Program-made: the position numbers and the translations under genes
Part shown: in pieces, positions 14,837 to 24,823 of the stretch
How the letters are laid out: each line of letters starts with the position of its first letter
How positions within the stretch are numbered: the stretch's first letter is position 1
DNA from: Pseudomonadaceae bacterium
Lineage (GTDB): Bacteria > Pseudomonadota > Alphaproteobacteria > UBA2136 > UBA6156
DNA length: 32,961 bases
Direction of reading: 5' to 3'
Assembly (NCBI GenBank): GCA_947464215.1
Contig: CANHVX010000001.1
Span: 1 to 32,961, forward strand
The notes under the pieces: generated by a model
What the model saw: the letters and a program-made list of their open reading frames with translations, nothing else
What the model was told of the DNA's origin: nothing
Databases searched by the model: none

Positions 14837-16051
14837 TCAAGCCTTGTTTGGCTTTTGGGTGCCTGTGCCCCGGGCTATTTCCGGCTTTTCTAGCAAATTC
14901 AACACGATTTCCAGCGCCATCTCTGCCGGCGGGCGTGGGGTTTCCAGCGCCGCAGCCACCTGCGCCAGCCCCTTGGCCACATACGCGGGCGGTTTGGGCG
15001 CCAGCATCGGCACCAAAGCCCGCGCCAGATTTTCGGGCGTGACCGCCTTCTGGATGAATTCGGGGTAGACAACATGGCCCGTTTTGCGGCCCTTTTGCCC
15101 CATAACCGGCGGGTTTATCACCACATTAGGCAGGCTGACGTAGGGGATTTTCACCAACCAGCGCGCCACCGCATAGGTGAGCGCATGCATGCGGTAGCAC
15201 ACCACCGCCGGCACCCCCAGCACCGCCAGCTCGAGATTGTTGGTGCCGCTTTTGGCCAGCGCCGCCCGGCAGGTGGCCAGGGCCGCAAAGCGTTGCTCGG
15301 CCACCACAACCTCAATCTGCTCGGTTTCGGCCCAGGGCGCCCATGCACGGCAGCGCGCGGCCGCCGCCGCATCGGGCACCACCAGCAGTGCGCCCAAGGT
15401 GGGCTGCAACTGCCGCAAGCGCCGGTAGGTGGCCAGCATGATTGGCCAATGATGCGCCCATTCTTGCGCCCGCGAGCCCGGCAACAGCGCCAGCGTGTGG
15501 CTGTGCGGCTGCGTGCGCCGCATCTGGGCGTAGGCCGCCAATTGGCTGACCATGGGGTGCCCGACATAGGTGGTGGGGAGCCCGGAGGCCGCGAAAAATG
15601 GCGCCTCGAACGGCAAGATGCTAAGAATATGCGTAAACAGTTTGGCCAGGCTATGCACCCGCCCCTGCCGCCACGCCCACACCTTAGGTGCCACATACTG
15701 CACATGCGGGACGCCCAGATGGCGCGTGGCCTTGGCCAAGCGCGCGGCAAAATCTTGGCCGTCGATGGTAAGGACCAGTGCGGGGCGTTCGGTTTCCACA
15801 GCGTGCGCCAAAACTTTCAAAGCTTTACGAATGCGCGGAATCGCGGGGATGACTTCGGCCAAGCCCATCACCGCGGCGGCCTCGGCCGGGGCTTTTTGCA
15901 CCAGGCCGCGCGCCTGCATTTCGGCGCCGCCCATGCCGATAAACACCACGTTGGGCTGCACGTTCTGCCACGCCTCCATAAGGGCCGCCCCCAAGCGTGT
16001 GGCGCTGGGCTCTGTGGCCACCAGCATGATGGTGCGGGGCGATTCAGGCAT
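14837..16051 (-). CDS. lpxB: Lipid-A-disaccharide synthase
   Basis: N-terminal IMLVATEPSATRLGAALM...GMGGAEM and overall length and context fit the LpxB family. It sits downstream of lpxA-lpxI. ATG at 16051 (the listed start at 16063 is TTG) overlaps the lpxI stop by 8 nt. Confidence 0.88.
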   Translation of the reverse strand: MPESPRTIMLVATEPSATRLGAALMEAWQNVQPNVVFIGMGGAEMQARGLVQKAPAEAAAVMGLAEVIPAIPRIRKALKVLAHAVETERPALVLTIDGQDFAARLAKATRHLGVPHVQYVAPKVWAWRQGRVHSLAKLFTHILSILPFEAPFFAASGLPTTYVGHPMVSQLAAYAQMRRTQPHSHTLALLPGSRAQEWAHHWPIMLATYRRLRQLQPTLGALLVVPDAAAAARCRAWAPWAETEQIEVVVAEQRFAALATCRAALAKSGTNNLELAVLGVPAVVCYRMHALTYAVARWLVKIPYVSLPNVVINPPVMGQKGRKTGHVVYPEFIQKAVTPENLARALVPMLAPKPPAYVAKGLAQVAAALETPRPPAEMALEIVLNLLEKPEIARGTGTQKPNKA

Positions 16052-16871
16052 CGGCGACCACAAGAAGCCCGTGCTTGTTGGCCCGCACCACGCATTCGCC
16101 CCGTTGCACCATCAGCGTTTTACCGGCTTGAATGGCGAGGCCGCGATAGCCATGTTCAATAAGCATATTCACGGTTTGCGGGCCGACCATGGGCAGATCG
16201 GCCAGCTCGGTTTGCAAAATTTTGGCCCGCTTGACCAGCCAGCCGCCCCGTTGCCCCGGCGCACGGTAGGCCGCACAGCGGCGGATAAGCTCGTCGGTGC
16301 CCTCGGCCGCTTCCAGCCCCAGCACCACGCCGCCCTGCACAATGCATGCCTGGCCAATATCGAGATCGCCCAGCACAGCCAAGGTGGTGCGGCCCAGTGC
16401 CATATCGGCCCGGTCGGCCTCGGTGGGTTTGCCCTTGCTCAGCAGGCCTTCCGGCGCCAGCACGTGCGGCGCCAAATCGGCCACGCCCACCAACGTGAAC
16501 CCCTCCTCTTCCAGGAACGTGGTGACGCTGCGCAGCAACGCGTCATCGTGCCGCATAAGGGCACGAGTGAGGATTTTGAGGCCCGTGGCATCGGGTTTGA
16601 GGCTGAGAATATTGGGTTTGTTCACGTGCCCGGCCAGTGCCACATGGGTGGTGCCGGTCGCCTTTAGGTGCGCCACAATGTGCCCTATCTGGGCCAACCC
16701 AAACTCTTTCACCAGGGCTTCCGGCAACGGGTGCGGCTGCGGCTGGCCCGCAAACACCACCAGATTCACCGCCCAGCCCCGCTCGCGCGCGCCCTCGGCC
16801 AACAGGGACGGCAGCGGGCCGCCCCCCGCCAACACCGTGAGCACCACCTCGGCCGGGGCAGATTTAGGCAT
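16044..16871 (-). CDS. lpxI: UDP-2,3-diacylglucosamine pyrophosphatase LpxI (DUF1009 family)
   Basis: VLAGGGPLP N-terminus and a DIGQACIVQGGVVLGLEAAEGTDELIRR motif. Its position between lpxA and lpxB is as in alphaproteobacteria that lack lpxH. ATG at 16871 overlaps the lpxA stop by 8 nt. Confidence 0.8.
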   Translation of the reverse strand: MPKSAPAEVVLTVLAGGGPLPSLLAEGARERGWAVNLVVFAGQPQPHPLPEALVKEFGLAQIGHIVAHLKATGTTHVALAGHVNKPNILSLKPDATGLKILTRALMRHDDALLRSVTTFLEEEGFTLVGVADLAPHVLAPEGLLSKGKPTEADRADMALGRTTLAVLGDLDIGQACIVQGGVVLGLEAAEGTDELIRRCAAYRAPGQRGGWLVKRAKILQTELADLPMVGPQTVNMLIEHGYRGLAIQAGKTLMVQRGECVVRANKHGLLVVADA

Positions 16872-17664
16872 CGTCTTCCACCGGCGTGAGGCCACGCTGG
16901 CTTTCCAGCACAAAATCGGCCAACTGCTTCACTTCTTTCTGTTTGCTGCGGCGCTTGAGCTTGCGCGCACGCTCTTGCAGCGACAGCATCTCATCGGATT
17001 CTTCAAACAGAAAATCGTAGGCGTCATCGAGCGCGTGGATGAGCGTTTTTTCAAACCCACGGCGGCGCAAGCCAATTAAATTCAACCCCTTCAGCGTTGC
17101 CCGCCGACCGGCCACGCTGGCGTAGGGCGGCACGTCGTAATCGACCGCCGTATGGCCCCCCACGATGGCGTGCGTGCCCACCCGGACCCGCTGGTGGATG
17201 CCCGACAGGCCGCCGATGGTGACGTTATCGGCCAGCACGACATGCCCGGCCAACTGCGCATAATTGGCCAAAATACAGCCGTTTCCCACCACGCAATCGT
17301 GCGCCACGTGGCTGCCGGCCATCAGCAAATTATGGCTACCGACCACCGTTGTGCCTTTATCGGCTGCGGTGCCGATGTGCATGGTTACCCCTTCGCGGAT
17401 ATCGTTGTCGTCGCCGATGGTGAGCGTGGCTTGTTCGCCTTTGTATTTTCTATCCGGGCTGGGCTGGCCCAAGGATGCAAATGGGTAAATAACGTTGTTC
17501 TTCCCGATAGTTGTATGGCCCGTAACCACCACATGGCTGACGAGCCGCGTGCCCGCCCCCACCACCACATGCGGGCCAACCGTGCAAAAGGGCCCGATTT
17601 CGGCACTTGCGGCGATTTTAGCGCCTTTTTCGACCAGGGCGGTTGGGTGAATGTTTTGGGGCAT
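16864..17664 (-). CDS. lpxA: Acyl-ACP--UDP-N-acetylglucosamine O-acyltransferase
   Basis: IHPTALVEKGAKI start, hexapeptide (LbH) repeats throughout, and a C-terminal helical domain. fabZ-lpxA context. ATG at 17664. Confidence 0.92.
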   Translation of the reverse strand: MPQNIHPTALVEKGAKIAASAEIGPFCTVGPHVVVGAGTRLVSHVVVTGHTTIGKNNVIYPFASLGQPSPDRKYKGEQATLTIGDDNDIREGVTMHIGTAADKGTTVVGSHNLLMAGSHVAHDCVVGNGCILANYAQLAGHVVLADNVTIGGLSGIHQRVRVGTHAIVGGHTAVDYDVPPYASVAGRRATLKGLNLIGLRRRGFEKTLIHALDDAYDFLFEESDEMLSLQERARKLKRRSKQKEVKQLADFVLESQRGLTPVEDDA

Positions 17665-17674
17665 ATATGATACT

Positions 17675-18127
17675 TTACAGTGGTTTATAATGTGCTGTGA
17701 CCAGCGCGGTAGTGGCCACATTCTGCCCCACTTTGGCGACGCAGGAAAAGCTCATCAGTTGACGGCGTTCGCCGGTGAATTCGACTTCGATATCAATGAC
17801 TTCATCGGGCATGATGGGGCGTTTGAAGCGAAATTCTCCGCCGGCAAACAAATAGCTCACGGTTTTATCGGTAAAGCCTTTGGAAAGGCTGGTGAAAAGG
17901 GCACAGGCTTGGGCCATGGCTTCCAGCGTATAAACGCCGGGAACGACCGGATTGCCGGGAAAATGCCCGGAAAAGGTAGGGTCGGATGCCACAAACACGG
18001 TGCGTGCGGCGAGTTTATTGCCATCTAAACTTATGACTTCATTAATAAAAAGGAGCGGCTCGCGGTGGGGGATGAGGCCCTTGATGGCTGATACATCGAG
18101 TGGAAAAGTGTGCAAAGCACCTGACAT
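17675..18127 (-). CDS. fabZ: 3-hydroxyacyl-ACP dehydratase
   Basis: LIPHREPLLFINEV and FSGHFPGNPVVPGVYTLEAMAQ hot-dog fold motifs. ATG at 18127 (MSGALHTF...). Confidence 0.92.
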   Translation of the reverse strand: MSGALHTFPLDVSAIKGLIPHREPLLFINEVISLDGNKLAARTVFVASDPTFSGHFPGNPVVPGVYTLEAMAQACALFTSLSKGFTDKTVSYLFAGGEFRFKRPIMPDEVIDIEVEFTGERRQLMSFSCVAKVGQNVATTALVTAHYKPL

Positions 18128-18137
18128 GGCTGGCAAT

Positions 18138-19337
18138 TTACACGATTTCTTCGGCCAGGCCAAGGAAGGGATTCGCGGAATCTTCGACCTTTTTATCCCC
18201 TTCCGGGCGGCGCTGCGGAGTGCCGGCAGAGGGCTGCGGCGGCGCCGGTTGCCGCTTGGCCCCTCCCCTCACCTTTGGCGACGGTGCCGCCTCGGGTTCG
18301 GCGGCAGGGGTGGCCAACTGGGCGGGAATTTTTTGGACCATATTGCGGCTTAAGCGCGCCATGATGGCCATCTGCTGGCGCCACTGCGTGATGGGCACCG
18401 CCGGAACCCCCGCCACCACGCTGCCGCGCTGCGGCACCGACTTGGTAACCCCCGAAAATGCCGCCACCATACATGCCGGAGCAATTTCCAGGTGGCCCGC
18501 CACCCCCACATGCCCCCCCAGCACGCACCACGCCCCGATACGTGCGCTGCCCGCGATACCGGTTTGGGCCGCAATACGAGTGCCGGTGCCCACATGCACA
18601 TTGTGCGCAACTTGCACCTGTTTATCGATTTTGACGTGGTCTTCTATCACCGTGTTGGATAACGCCCCGGCATCGATAGTGCTGTTGGCGCCGATTTCGA
18701 CATCGGCGCCAATGCTAACGCCGCCGATGTGGGGGATTTTCACCAATTCGGGCTCGCCATCGGGGCCCATACCCTGGGCAAAGCCAAAGCCATCTTGCCC
18801 CACCCGCACGCCCGGATGAATACGACAGCGCGGGCCCAAGGTGCACTTGGCCAACGACACATGCGCGCCCACCACGCTTTCGGCCCCGACCACCACCCCC
18901 TCGCCCACCACGGCGTGCGGGCCGATATGGGCCCCGGGGCCAATTTTGGCACCGGCATAAATAACGGCGTAGGGTTCGATGCGCGCGGTGGGGTCTATCT
19001 CGGCCCGCGACGACACCACCGCAAACTGCGACACGCCCGCCACCACCGGCGGTGCAGGGTAAAACAGCTGCAACGCCCGCGCATAGGCCACATAGGGTTG
19101 GCTGCACACCAACGCCACCGTGCCCGCCGGCAACAGCGGTGATTCCGCCGCGCGCACCAGCACCGCCCCGGCCCGCGTGTTCTGCGCGGCTGCCTTATAG
19201 GCTGCGTTTTCTAGAAAGCTTAGGTCGGCGGGGCCGGCCTCGGACAGAGGTTTGATGGCGTGAAGCTCTTTTTGCCCACCTTCGGCGGGGGCCGGAATAC
19301 CAAGTTGGGCGCACAGGCTGGCGACGGTAAACGGCAT
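18138..19337 (-). CDS. lpxD: UDP-3-O-acylglucosamine N-acyltransferase with a Pro/Ala-rich C-terminal extension
   Basis: N-terminal uridine-binding-type domain, long LbH hexapeptide region, and skp-lpxD-fabZ context. ATG at 19337 (MPFTVASLCAQLG...). The listed ORF continues upstream to 19544, but that part overlaps skp out of frame and does not look like LpxD. Confidence 0.9.
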   Translation of the reverse strand: MPFTVASLCAQLGIPAPAEGGQKELHAIKPLSEAGPADLSFLENAAYKAAAQNTRAGAVLVRAAESPLLPAGTVALVCSQPYVAYARALQLFYPAPPVVAGVSQFAVVSSRAEIDPTARIEPYAVIYAGAKIGPGAHIGPHAVVGEGVVVGAESVVGAHVSLAKCTLGPRCRIHPGVRVGQDGFGFAQGMGPDGEPELVKIPHIGGVSIGADVEIGANSTIDAGALSNTVIEDHVKIDKQVQVAHNVHVGTGTRIAAQTGIAGSARIGAWCVLGGHVGVAGHLEIAPACMVAAFSGVTKSVPQRGSVVAGVPAVPITQWRQQMAIMARLSRNMVQKIPAQLATPAAEPEAAPSPKVRGGAKRQPAPPQPSAGTPQRRPEGDKKVEDSANPFLGLAEEIV

Positions 19338-19359
19338 GCCCCCAGCCCCGCCTCTCGCC

Positions 19360-19869
19360 CTATTTATCGAGCACGGCGTTGGCGCGCTTGAGCACCTCGG
19401 CCGAGATGTCGGGGACATTGGCCCCGGCAAAGAACACCATGCCTTTGGGCAACACGACATCGAGCTTTTGCTCTTTGGCAATCTGTTCGACCACGCCGCG
19501 CACGGCCTCGGCAATTTGCTTGCGCAGGCGGATGTTTTCGTCATCGAGCCCTTGCTGGATGTTTTGCGCCTGCTGGCGGAATACCGACAAATCTTTGGCG
19601 AAGCCTTCCTGAGCCTGCTTGAATTTATCGGCCGCCATCACCGCTTGTTGATCACGCAGTTGCTTTTGCTTTTCAAGCAGAGGCTTTTCCATCGCATCGA
19701 TGCGGTTCTGGGCGTCCTTGACCCGGCCTTCCAGCGTGCTGGCCGCGCGCTTGGCCGCATTGGTGCCGGCGATAACTTGCGGCGCATCGAACACCGCCAC
19801 CTTCAGTTCGGCCCAAGCGGGTGTGGCCAAAGCCATGGCCAGCGCGAGACCTGCCAGATACGTTTTCAT
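19360..19869 (-). CDS. skp: Periplasmic chaperone Skp/OmpH family
   Basis: Signal peptide (MKTYLAGLALAMALATPAWA), coiled-coil-rich 169 aa, located between bamA and lpxD. Confidence 0.8.
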   Translation of the reverse strand: MKTYLAGLALAMALATPAWAELKVAVFDAPQVIAGTNAAKRAASTLEGRVKDAQNRIDAMEKPLLEKQKQLRDQQAVMAADKFKQAQEGFAKDLSVFRQQAQNIQQGLDDENIRLRKQIAEAVRGVVEQIAKEQKLDVVLPKGMVFFAGANVPDISAEVLKRANAVLDK

Positions 19870-19896
19870 GCTCTTATCTCCCCATTATTCTGTTGG

Positions 19897-22197
19897 TTAA
19901 AAGCGTGTGCCGACTGCAAAGTTGAACACCTGAGCACGGTCTTCGGAGGCCTTGACCACCGGGAACCCGAACTCGATACGCAAGGGCCCGATGGGGCTGC
20001 GCCAATTGAGGCCGGTACCCGCGCTGATGCGGTAGGTTTTGCTATCGATAACATTCGCATTGGCGCTGTCGAACTCGGACACCCAGCCGCCATCGGTGAA
20101 GAATACACCCTTCACGCCCATTTCGGACAGCGCATTGGTGATTGGGAATGACAGGTCTATGTTGTGACCCAGCATGTATTTACCCCCCAGCGCGTCGCGC
20201 GTGGTGCGGTCGCGCGGGCCGATACCGCCGTATTCGAAGCCGCGCAGCATGTTCTGCCCGCCGCCCATGTAATGTTCATACAGGGGGAGACGGCCGGACA
20301 AGGCCTCGACCGCGCCGACGCGGCCGCCGGTGGTGAGCACCCAATCTTCCCACACCGAATAGGTGTAGCTGCCGTTCACGTTCAGGCGCAGATAGTCGAT
20401 ATCGGAGCCGAAACCGCTGTATTCGCCGCCGGCGCTGAGGCGCGTGCCGCGCGTGGGGTTTATCAGGCTGTCGCGGGTGTCATACGTCCAGGTGTTGCCC
20501 AAGGCCAAGCTGTTGCGGCTGCCGGTTTCGGCCTTCACGAACTGCGAGGCGGCGCTGCCGACGTTCTCGATTTTGGTGTCTTTGTAGCCCAGGCGGATAT
20601 CGTTGCGCGTGAACTCGTTCAGCGGGAAGCCAAGGCGAAGTGCGCCACCATTCACGCCGGTGTCATACGATGACTCGTCCTGATAATCGGTTTTGGTGTT
20701 GAAGGCATCGACGCCGAGCGCCAGTTGCTGATCAAGGAAATAGGGCTCGGTGAAGTTCACGTTAAAGTTCTGCTGGCGTTGGGACAGGGAGAAATCGACC
20801 CCCACTTCTTGCCCTTTACCCAGGAAGTTGCGCTCTTTCACGTTGGCGGTGGTGAGGAAACCATCGTAGGTGGAATAGCCCGCGCCCACGTTGAACTCGC
20901 CAGTGCTTTGCTCTTTCACCTTCACGTTGAGGTCGACGCGGTCGGGCTGGTCGGATTCGGCGCGTTGGACATCGACGTTCTCGAAATAGCCCAAATAGGT
21001 CAGGCGGTCGCGGCTACGCTTAATCTTTTCCGACGAATAGGCATCGCCCTCGGCCAGGCGCATCTCGCGGCGGATGACGTTATCACGCGTGCGGGTGTTC
21101 CCTTCCACGTTGATGCGGTTGACATATACCCGTGGCCCCGGTGTGACGTTGTAGGTTATCCCCACCGTGCGCGCGCCTTCATCCTTCGTGTAGCTGGGTT
21201 GAATATCGAGGAAGGCAAAGCCTTTGCTGCCCAAGGTATCGATAAGTTTGTCGGTGTTTTCATCAACGCGTTTGGCGTTGAACAATTCGCCCGCTTGCAA
21301 GGTGACATCCTTTTTCATCGCCGCAATATCAAGGCCTTCGGCTTCGGCCTTCAGGGCGACGTCGATCGGGCCAAAGTTATACTGTGGGCCTTCGAATACC
21401 GTATATGTCACCACGAAATCCTTGCGGTCGCGGCTGAGTTCGGCCACGGCGGAGGTGATTTGCACGTCGGCGTAGCCGTGGGTGAGGTAAAAGCGGCGCA
21501 GCAGGTCTTTGTCGTTTTCCAGACGTGCGGGGTCGTAGCTGTCGGCTGTCGACAAAAAGCGCCACCAGGAGCTGCGCTTGGTGGCCACGACGGTTGCTAA
21601 GTCGGAATCGTTAAACCGCTTGTTGCCGACAAAATTGATTGTGGCGATGCGCGTTTTTTCGCCCTCGGCGATGTTGTAAATCACGTCGACGCGGTTTTGG
21701 TCGCGCTGGATGAGCTGCGCCTTCACCTGCGTGGTGTAACGGCCCCGCGCACGATAGGCCCCTTGCAGCGCCTGGACATCGGACTGCACCTTGGCAGGGC
21801 TATAAATGGCGCGCGGCTTCAGCTGCGTGATTTCCTCGAGGCGTTTGGTGTCGACATCTTCGTTGCCCTCGAATACCACGCGGTTCACGAGGGGATTTTC
21901 CACCACCTTGACCGTAACCGCGCCGTTGCTTTCCGTGATTTCTACATTGGAAAACAAGCCCGTGGCATACAAGCTGCGCACAATGTTTCCGGTTTCGGCA
22001 GGGTTGAAATCTTCGCCTTCCTTGAACGGCAAATAGGTGCGCACGGTGGCGGGTTCGACCCGCTCGTTCCCGGACACGGCAATGCTGCTGACGGTAACGG
22101 CCCACGCCGGCACCGCCAAAGCCGCCAAGGCCGCGGCCAAACCACTGGTTGCCTTGAAAAAGGAAAATACGCGCATGGGGGACTGCTTCTCTTGCAT
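19897..22197 (-). CDS. bamA: Outer membrane protein assembly factor BamA
   Basis: Signal peptide (FFKATSGLAAALAALAVPAWA), POTRA-like repeats (I.V.GN.RV...), a C-terminal beta-barrel ending ...FAVGTRF, and rseP-bamA-skp context. The start is ATG at 22197 or 22176; the listed ORF up to 22620 overlaps rseP. Confidence 0.92.
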   Translation of the reverse strand: MQEKQSPMRVFSFFKATSGLAAALAALAVPAWAVTVSSIAVSGNERVEPATVRTYLPFKEGEDFNPAETGNIVRSLYATGLFSNVEITESNGAVTVKVVENPLVNRVVFEGNEDVDTKRLEEITQLKPRAIYSPAKVQSDVQALQGAYRARGRYTTQVKAQLIQRDQNRVDVIYNIAEGEKTRIATINFVGNKRFNDSDLATVVATKRSSWWRFLSTADSYDPARLENDKDLLRRFYLTHGYADVQITSAVAELSRDRKDFVVTYTVFEGPQYNFGPIDVALKAEAEGLDIAAMKKDVTLQAGELFNAKRVDENTDKLIDTLGSKGFAFLDIQPSYTKDEGARTVGITYNVTPGPRVYVNRINVEGNTRTRDNVIRREMRLAEGDAYSSEKIKRSRDRLTYLGYFENVDVQRAESDQPDRVDLNVKVKEQSTGEFNVGAGYSTYDGFLTTANVKERNFLGKGQEVGVDFSLSQRQQNFNVNFTEPYFLDQQLALGVDAFNTKTDYQDESSYDTGVNGGALRLGFPLNEFTRNDIRLGYKDTKIENVGSAASQFVKAETGSRNSLALGNTWTYDTRDSLINPTRGTRLSAGGEYSGFGSDIDYLRLNVNGSYTYSVWEDWVLTTGGRVGAVEALSGRLPLYEHYMGGGQNMLRGFEYGGIGPRDRTTRDALGGKYMLGHNIDLSFPITNALSEMGVKGVFFTDGGWVSEFDSANANVIDSKTYRISAGTGLNWRSPIGPLRIEFGFPVVKASEDRAQVFNFAVGTRF

Positions 22198-22244
22198 TGG
22201 TGGAGCCAGACTAACCTCCACCCTCGTGCGAGGCAAGCGGTTGC

Positions 22245-23435
22245 TTAGCGCTGAGTGCCTGCTGTGGCGGCAGTTGCCGATTCTGCGCGGGGAGACAGCC
22301 AGCCAAACCGCTTGATATCGTTGAAGGTGGACAGCAAAAACAACCCCACAATACACGCTAAACCCACGCGAAAAGATATCTCTTGCGCACGCTCGCCCAA
22401 GGGGCGGCCACGGAGTTTTTCGAGAGCCAGGAACACCAGATGCCCGCCATCGAGAACAGGAAGCGGGAATAAATTCACCACAAACAGGTTGATGGAAATA
22501 ACCGCCATAAACATGCCCAGCGCATAAAACCCGCTGCTGGCCGTTTGCCCCGTAAGATTGGCGATGCCCAACGGGCCCGTAAGATTGTCGGCCCCGATGG
22601 CGCCTATCAACAGTTTCCACAGCGATTTGAGCGTGAGCGCCGTGAACTCATACGTTTTGGCCGCCGCTGCCGCCACCGCCCCGCCGACCGAATGGTTCAC
22701 CACAAAGGTTGTGCCCGCCGGGCTTACCCCGATACGGCCCACCGTGTGCGTATCGCCAAAGACATCAACATGTTCAACCACCTTGGGTGTGACCGTAAGA
22801 TTGACCAATGCCCCCGCACGTTGCACCCCCAGCACCAAGGGCGTGCCTGTGTTCTGGGTAACCGTGGTTTGGAAATCCTCCCAGCTGGCAATGGGCAAGC
22901 CATTGATGTGGCTAACCACATCGCCTTGCTGCAACACCCCGGCTGCGGGCATCTCGGGCACAAGGGCGCCAACTTCGGCCTTCATTTTGTGCTCGCCGCC
23001 CAGCATCACCATGAGCAAAATGACAAACCCCAACACCAGATTGGCCAAGGGGCCCGCGCTTATCACCCAGGCCCGCTGGCTGGCCGTTTTGGCCATATAA
23101 TGCCCCGATTGTTGGCTCTTTTTGCTCGGCTTCAGGTCTTCCTGACCCAACATTTGCACGTAGCCGCCCAGCGGTATCCAGCCGATTTGCCAGCGGGTGT
23201 TGTGTTTATCGACCCAAGACACCAAGGGCCGCCCAAAGCCAATGGCAAACCGCTGCACCGTGATACCCACGCTGCGCGCCGCCGCGTAATGCCCCCACTC
23301 GTGCACAAAAATAAGCAGGCTTAACACCAGAATAAACAGGACAGTGGTAAAGAGAAACGCGCCGTAGGGCAGCATTTGCGCGGCCTCGGCGAGGCGGGAA
23401 AGAATATCGGTGGGTTCGGCAGAGACAGGATTCAT
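22245..23435 (-). CDS. rseP: Site-2 (RIP) zinc metalloprotease RseP, M50 family
   Basis: HEWGHY (HExxH) in TM1, a central PDZ-like region, and the NLFPLPVLDGGH motif. Confidence 0.9.
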   Translation of the reverse strand: MNPVSAEPTDILSRLAEAAQMLPYGAFLFTTVLFILVLSLLIFVHEWGHYAAARSVGITVQRFAIGFGRPLVSWVDKHNTRWQIGWIPLGGYVQMLGQEDLKPSKKSQQSGHYMAKTASQRAWVISAGPLANLVLGFVILLMVMLGGEHKMKAEVGALVPEMPAAGVLQQGDVVSHINGLPIASWEDFQTTVTQNTGTPLVLGVQRAGALVNLTVTPKVVEHVDVFGDTHTVGRIGVSPAGTTFVVNHSVGGAVAAAAAKTYEFTALTLKSLWKLLIGAIGADNLTGPLGIANLTGQTASSGFYALGMFMAVISINLFVVNLFPLPVLDGGHLVFLALEKLRGRPLGERAQEISFRVGLACIVGLFLLSTFNDIKRFGWLSPRAESATAATAGTQR

Positions 23436-23498
23436 GCCCCGACTCTACGGGAGGATGGCGCGCACGAAAACAGAAATCTGCCCGATATTGAGCAGGAT

Positions 23499-24248
23499 TT
23501 ATGCGGCGACAGACAGAGCCTTGGCTTCGGTGGCTTCGGCGGTTGCCGTGGCTTCTGGCACCGCGCCAAAGCGCCGCGTGCGTTGCGTAAAGCTGGCTAA
23601 TGCGGCCTGCATGTGTGTGTTGCCGAAATCGGGCCAGAGCACATCGGTGAAATACAGCTCGGCGTAGGCGCTCTGCCACAGCATGAAGTTGGACAGGCGC
23701 TGCTCGCCCGCCGTGCGCACGACCAAGTCGGGCGCGGGGATACCGGTGGTGTCGAGCGCGGCTTCCAGTGCCTCGGGCGTGGCTTCGACCCCCTGCTGGG
23801 CCAGCGCGCGCGCGGCGCGGGCAATTTCATCGCGCGCGCCATAATTGACGGCAAATACCGCCGTGATTTTGGTGTTGTGCGCGGTGGCCTTTTCGGCCTT
23901 ATCCATAATGGTGCGCAGGGCGAGCGGCAGCTTGCCGGCGGGGGTTCTATCGCCAATAAACTTCAGCCGCACGCCGTTCTTCACCAGAGTGGCCAAGTCG
24001 GTGGTGAAATAGGTTTGAGCCATCTCGAACAAGCCATTCACTTCCTCGGAACCACGCTTCCAGTTTTCGGTGCTGAAGGCATAAAAGGTGGCGTAGGGCA
24101 CGCCGTATTGGGCCAATTGTTCCAGCACGCGCTGCACGGTTTTCACGCCCTCGGCGTGGCCCTTCAAGCGGGGCAAGCCCTGGCGTGTGGCCCAGCGGCC
24201 ATTGCCATCCATAATAAAAGCAACGTGTTGGGGAATGGCAAAGGACAT
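23499..24248 (-). CDS. uppS: Di-trans,poly-cis-undecaprenyl-diphosphate synthase
   Basis: HVAFIMDGNGRWA, FSTENWKR and RLSNFMLWQSAYAELYF motifs. Confidence 0.93.
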   Translation of the reverse strand: MSFAIPQHVAFIMDGNGRWATRQGLPRLKGHAEGVKTVQRVLEQLAQYGVPYATFYAFSTENWKRGSEEVNGLFEMAQTYFTTDLATLVKNGVRLKFIGDRTPAGKLPLALRTIMDKAEKATAHNTKITAVFAVNYGARDEIARAARALAQQGVEATPEALEAALDTTGIPAPDLVVRTAGEQRLSNFMLWQSAYAELYFTDVLWPDFGNTHMQAALASFTQRTRRFGAVPEATATAEATEAKALSVAA

Positions 24249-24283
24249 GGGCGTGACTTTTACGGGCCGATTGTGCGTTGGTG

Positions 24284-24823
24284 TTAAACCGTGAGAATGT
24301 CTTTTTCTTTGGCGACAGCCAAGTCATCAATCTGTTTGATGAAGGTTTCGATTTCCTTTTCCACCTTTTCCATCTCGCGCTTGGCGTCGTCTTCGCCCAG
24401 GCCCTCGTCTTTGTCCTTTTTAATGGCATCCATGCCATCGCGGCGGATGTTGCGCACGGCAATTTTGGAATCTTCGGCATACTTGCGTGCCAGCTTGACC
24501 AGCTCTTGGCGGCGTTGCTCGTTCAATTCTGGCAAGGGCACGCGCACCAGCTGGCCATCGGCCGCGGGGTTTAGGCCCAGGCCTGCGTCGCGGATTCCTT
24601 TTTCCACGGCGGCGACCATGGATTTATCCCACACGTTCACCGTCAGCAGGCGCGCTTCGGCAACACTCACCGTGCCCACCTGATTGAGCGGCATTTTGCT
24701 GCCGTAGGCATCGACCATCACGGGCTCTAGCAGGGCCGTGCTGGCGCGCCCCGTGCGCAGCCCCATAAATTCGTGCTTCAAGGACGCGATGGCGCCTTCC
24801 AGGCGGGGGGTAAGGGCAGACAT
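24284..24823 (-). CDS. frr: Ribosome recycling factor
   Basis: Typical RRF sequence (LRTGRAS..LLE.V.VD.YGS..PLNQV, IRVPLPELNEQRR, RNIRRDG), about 180 aa, located upstream of uppS. Confidence 0.95.
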   Translation of the reverse strand: MSALTPRLEGAIASLKHEFMGLRTGRASTALLEPVMVDAYGSKMPLNQVGTVSVAEARLLTVNVWDKSMVAAVEKGIRDAGLGLNPAADGQLVRVPLPELNEQRRQELVKLARKYAEDSKIAVRNIRRDGMDAIKKDKDEGLGEDDAKREMEKVEKEIETFIKQIDDLAVAKEKDILTV

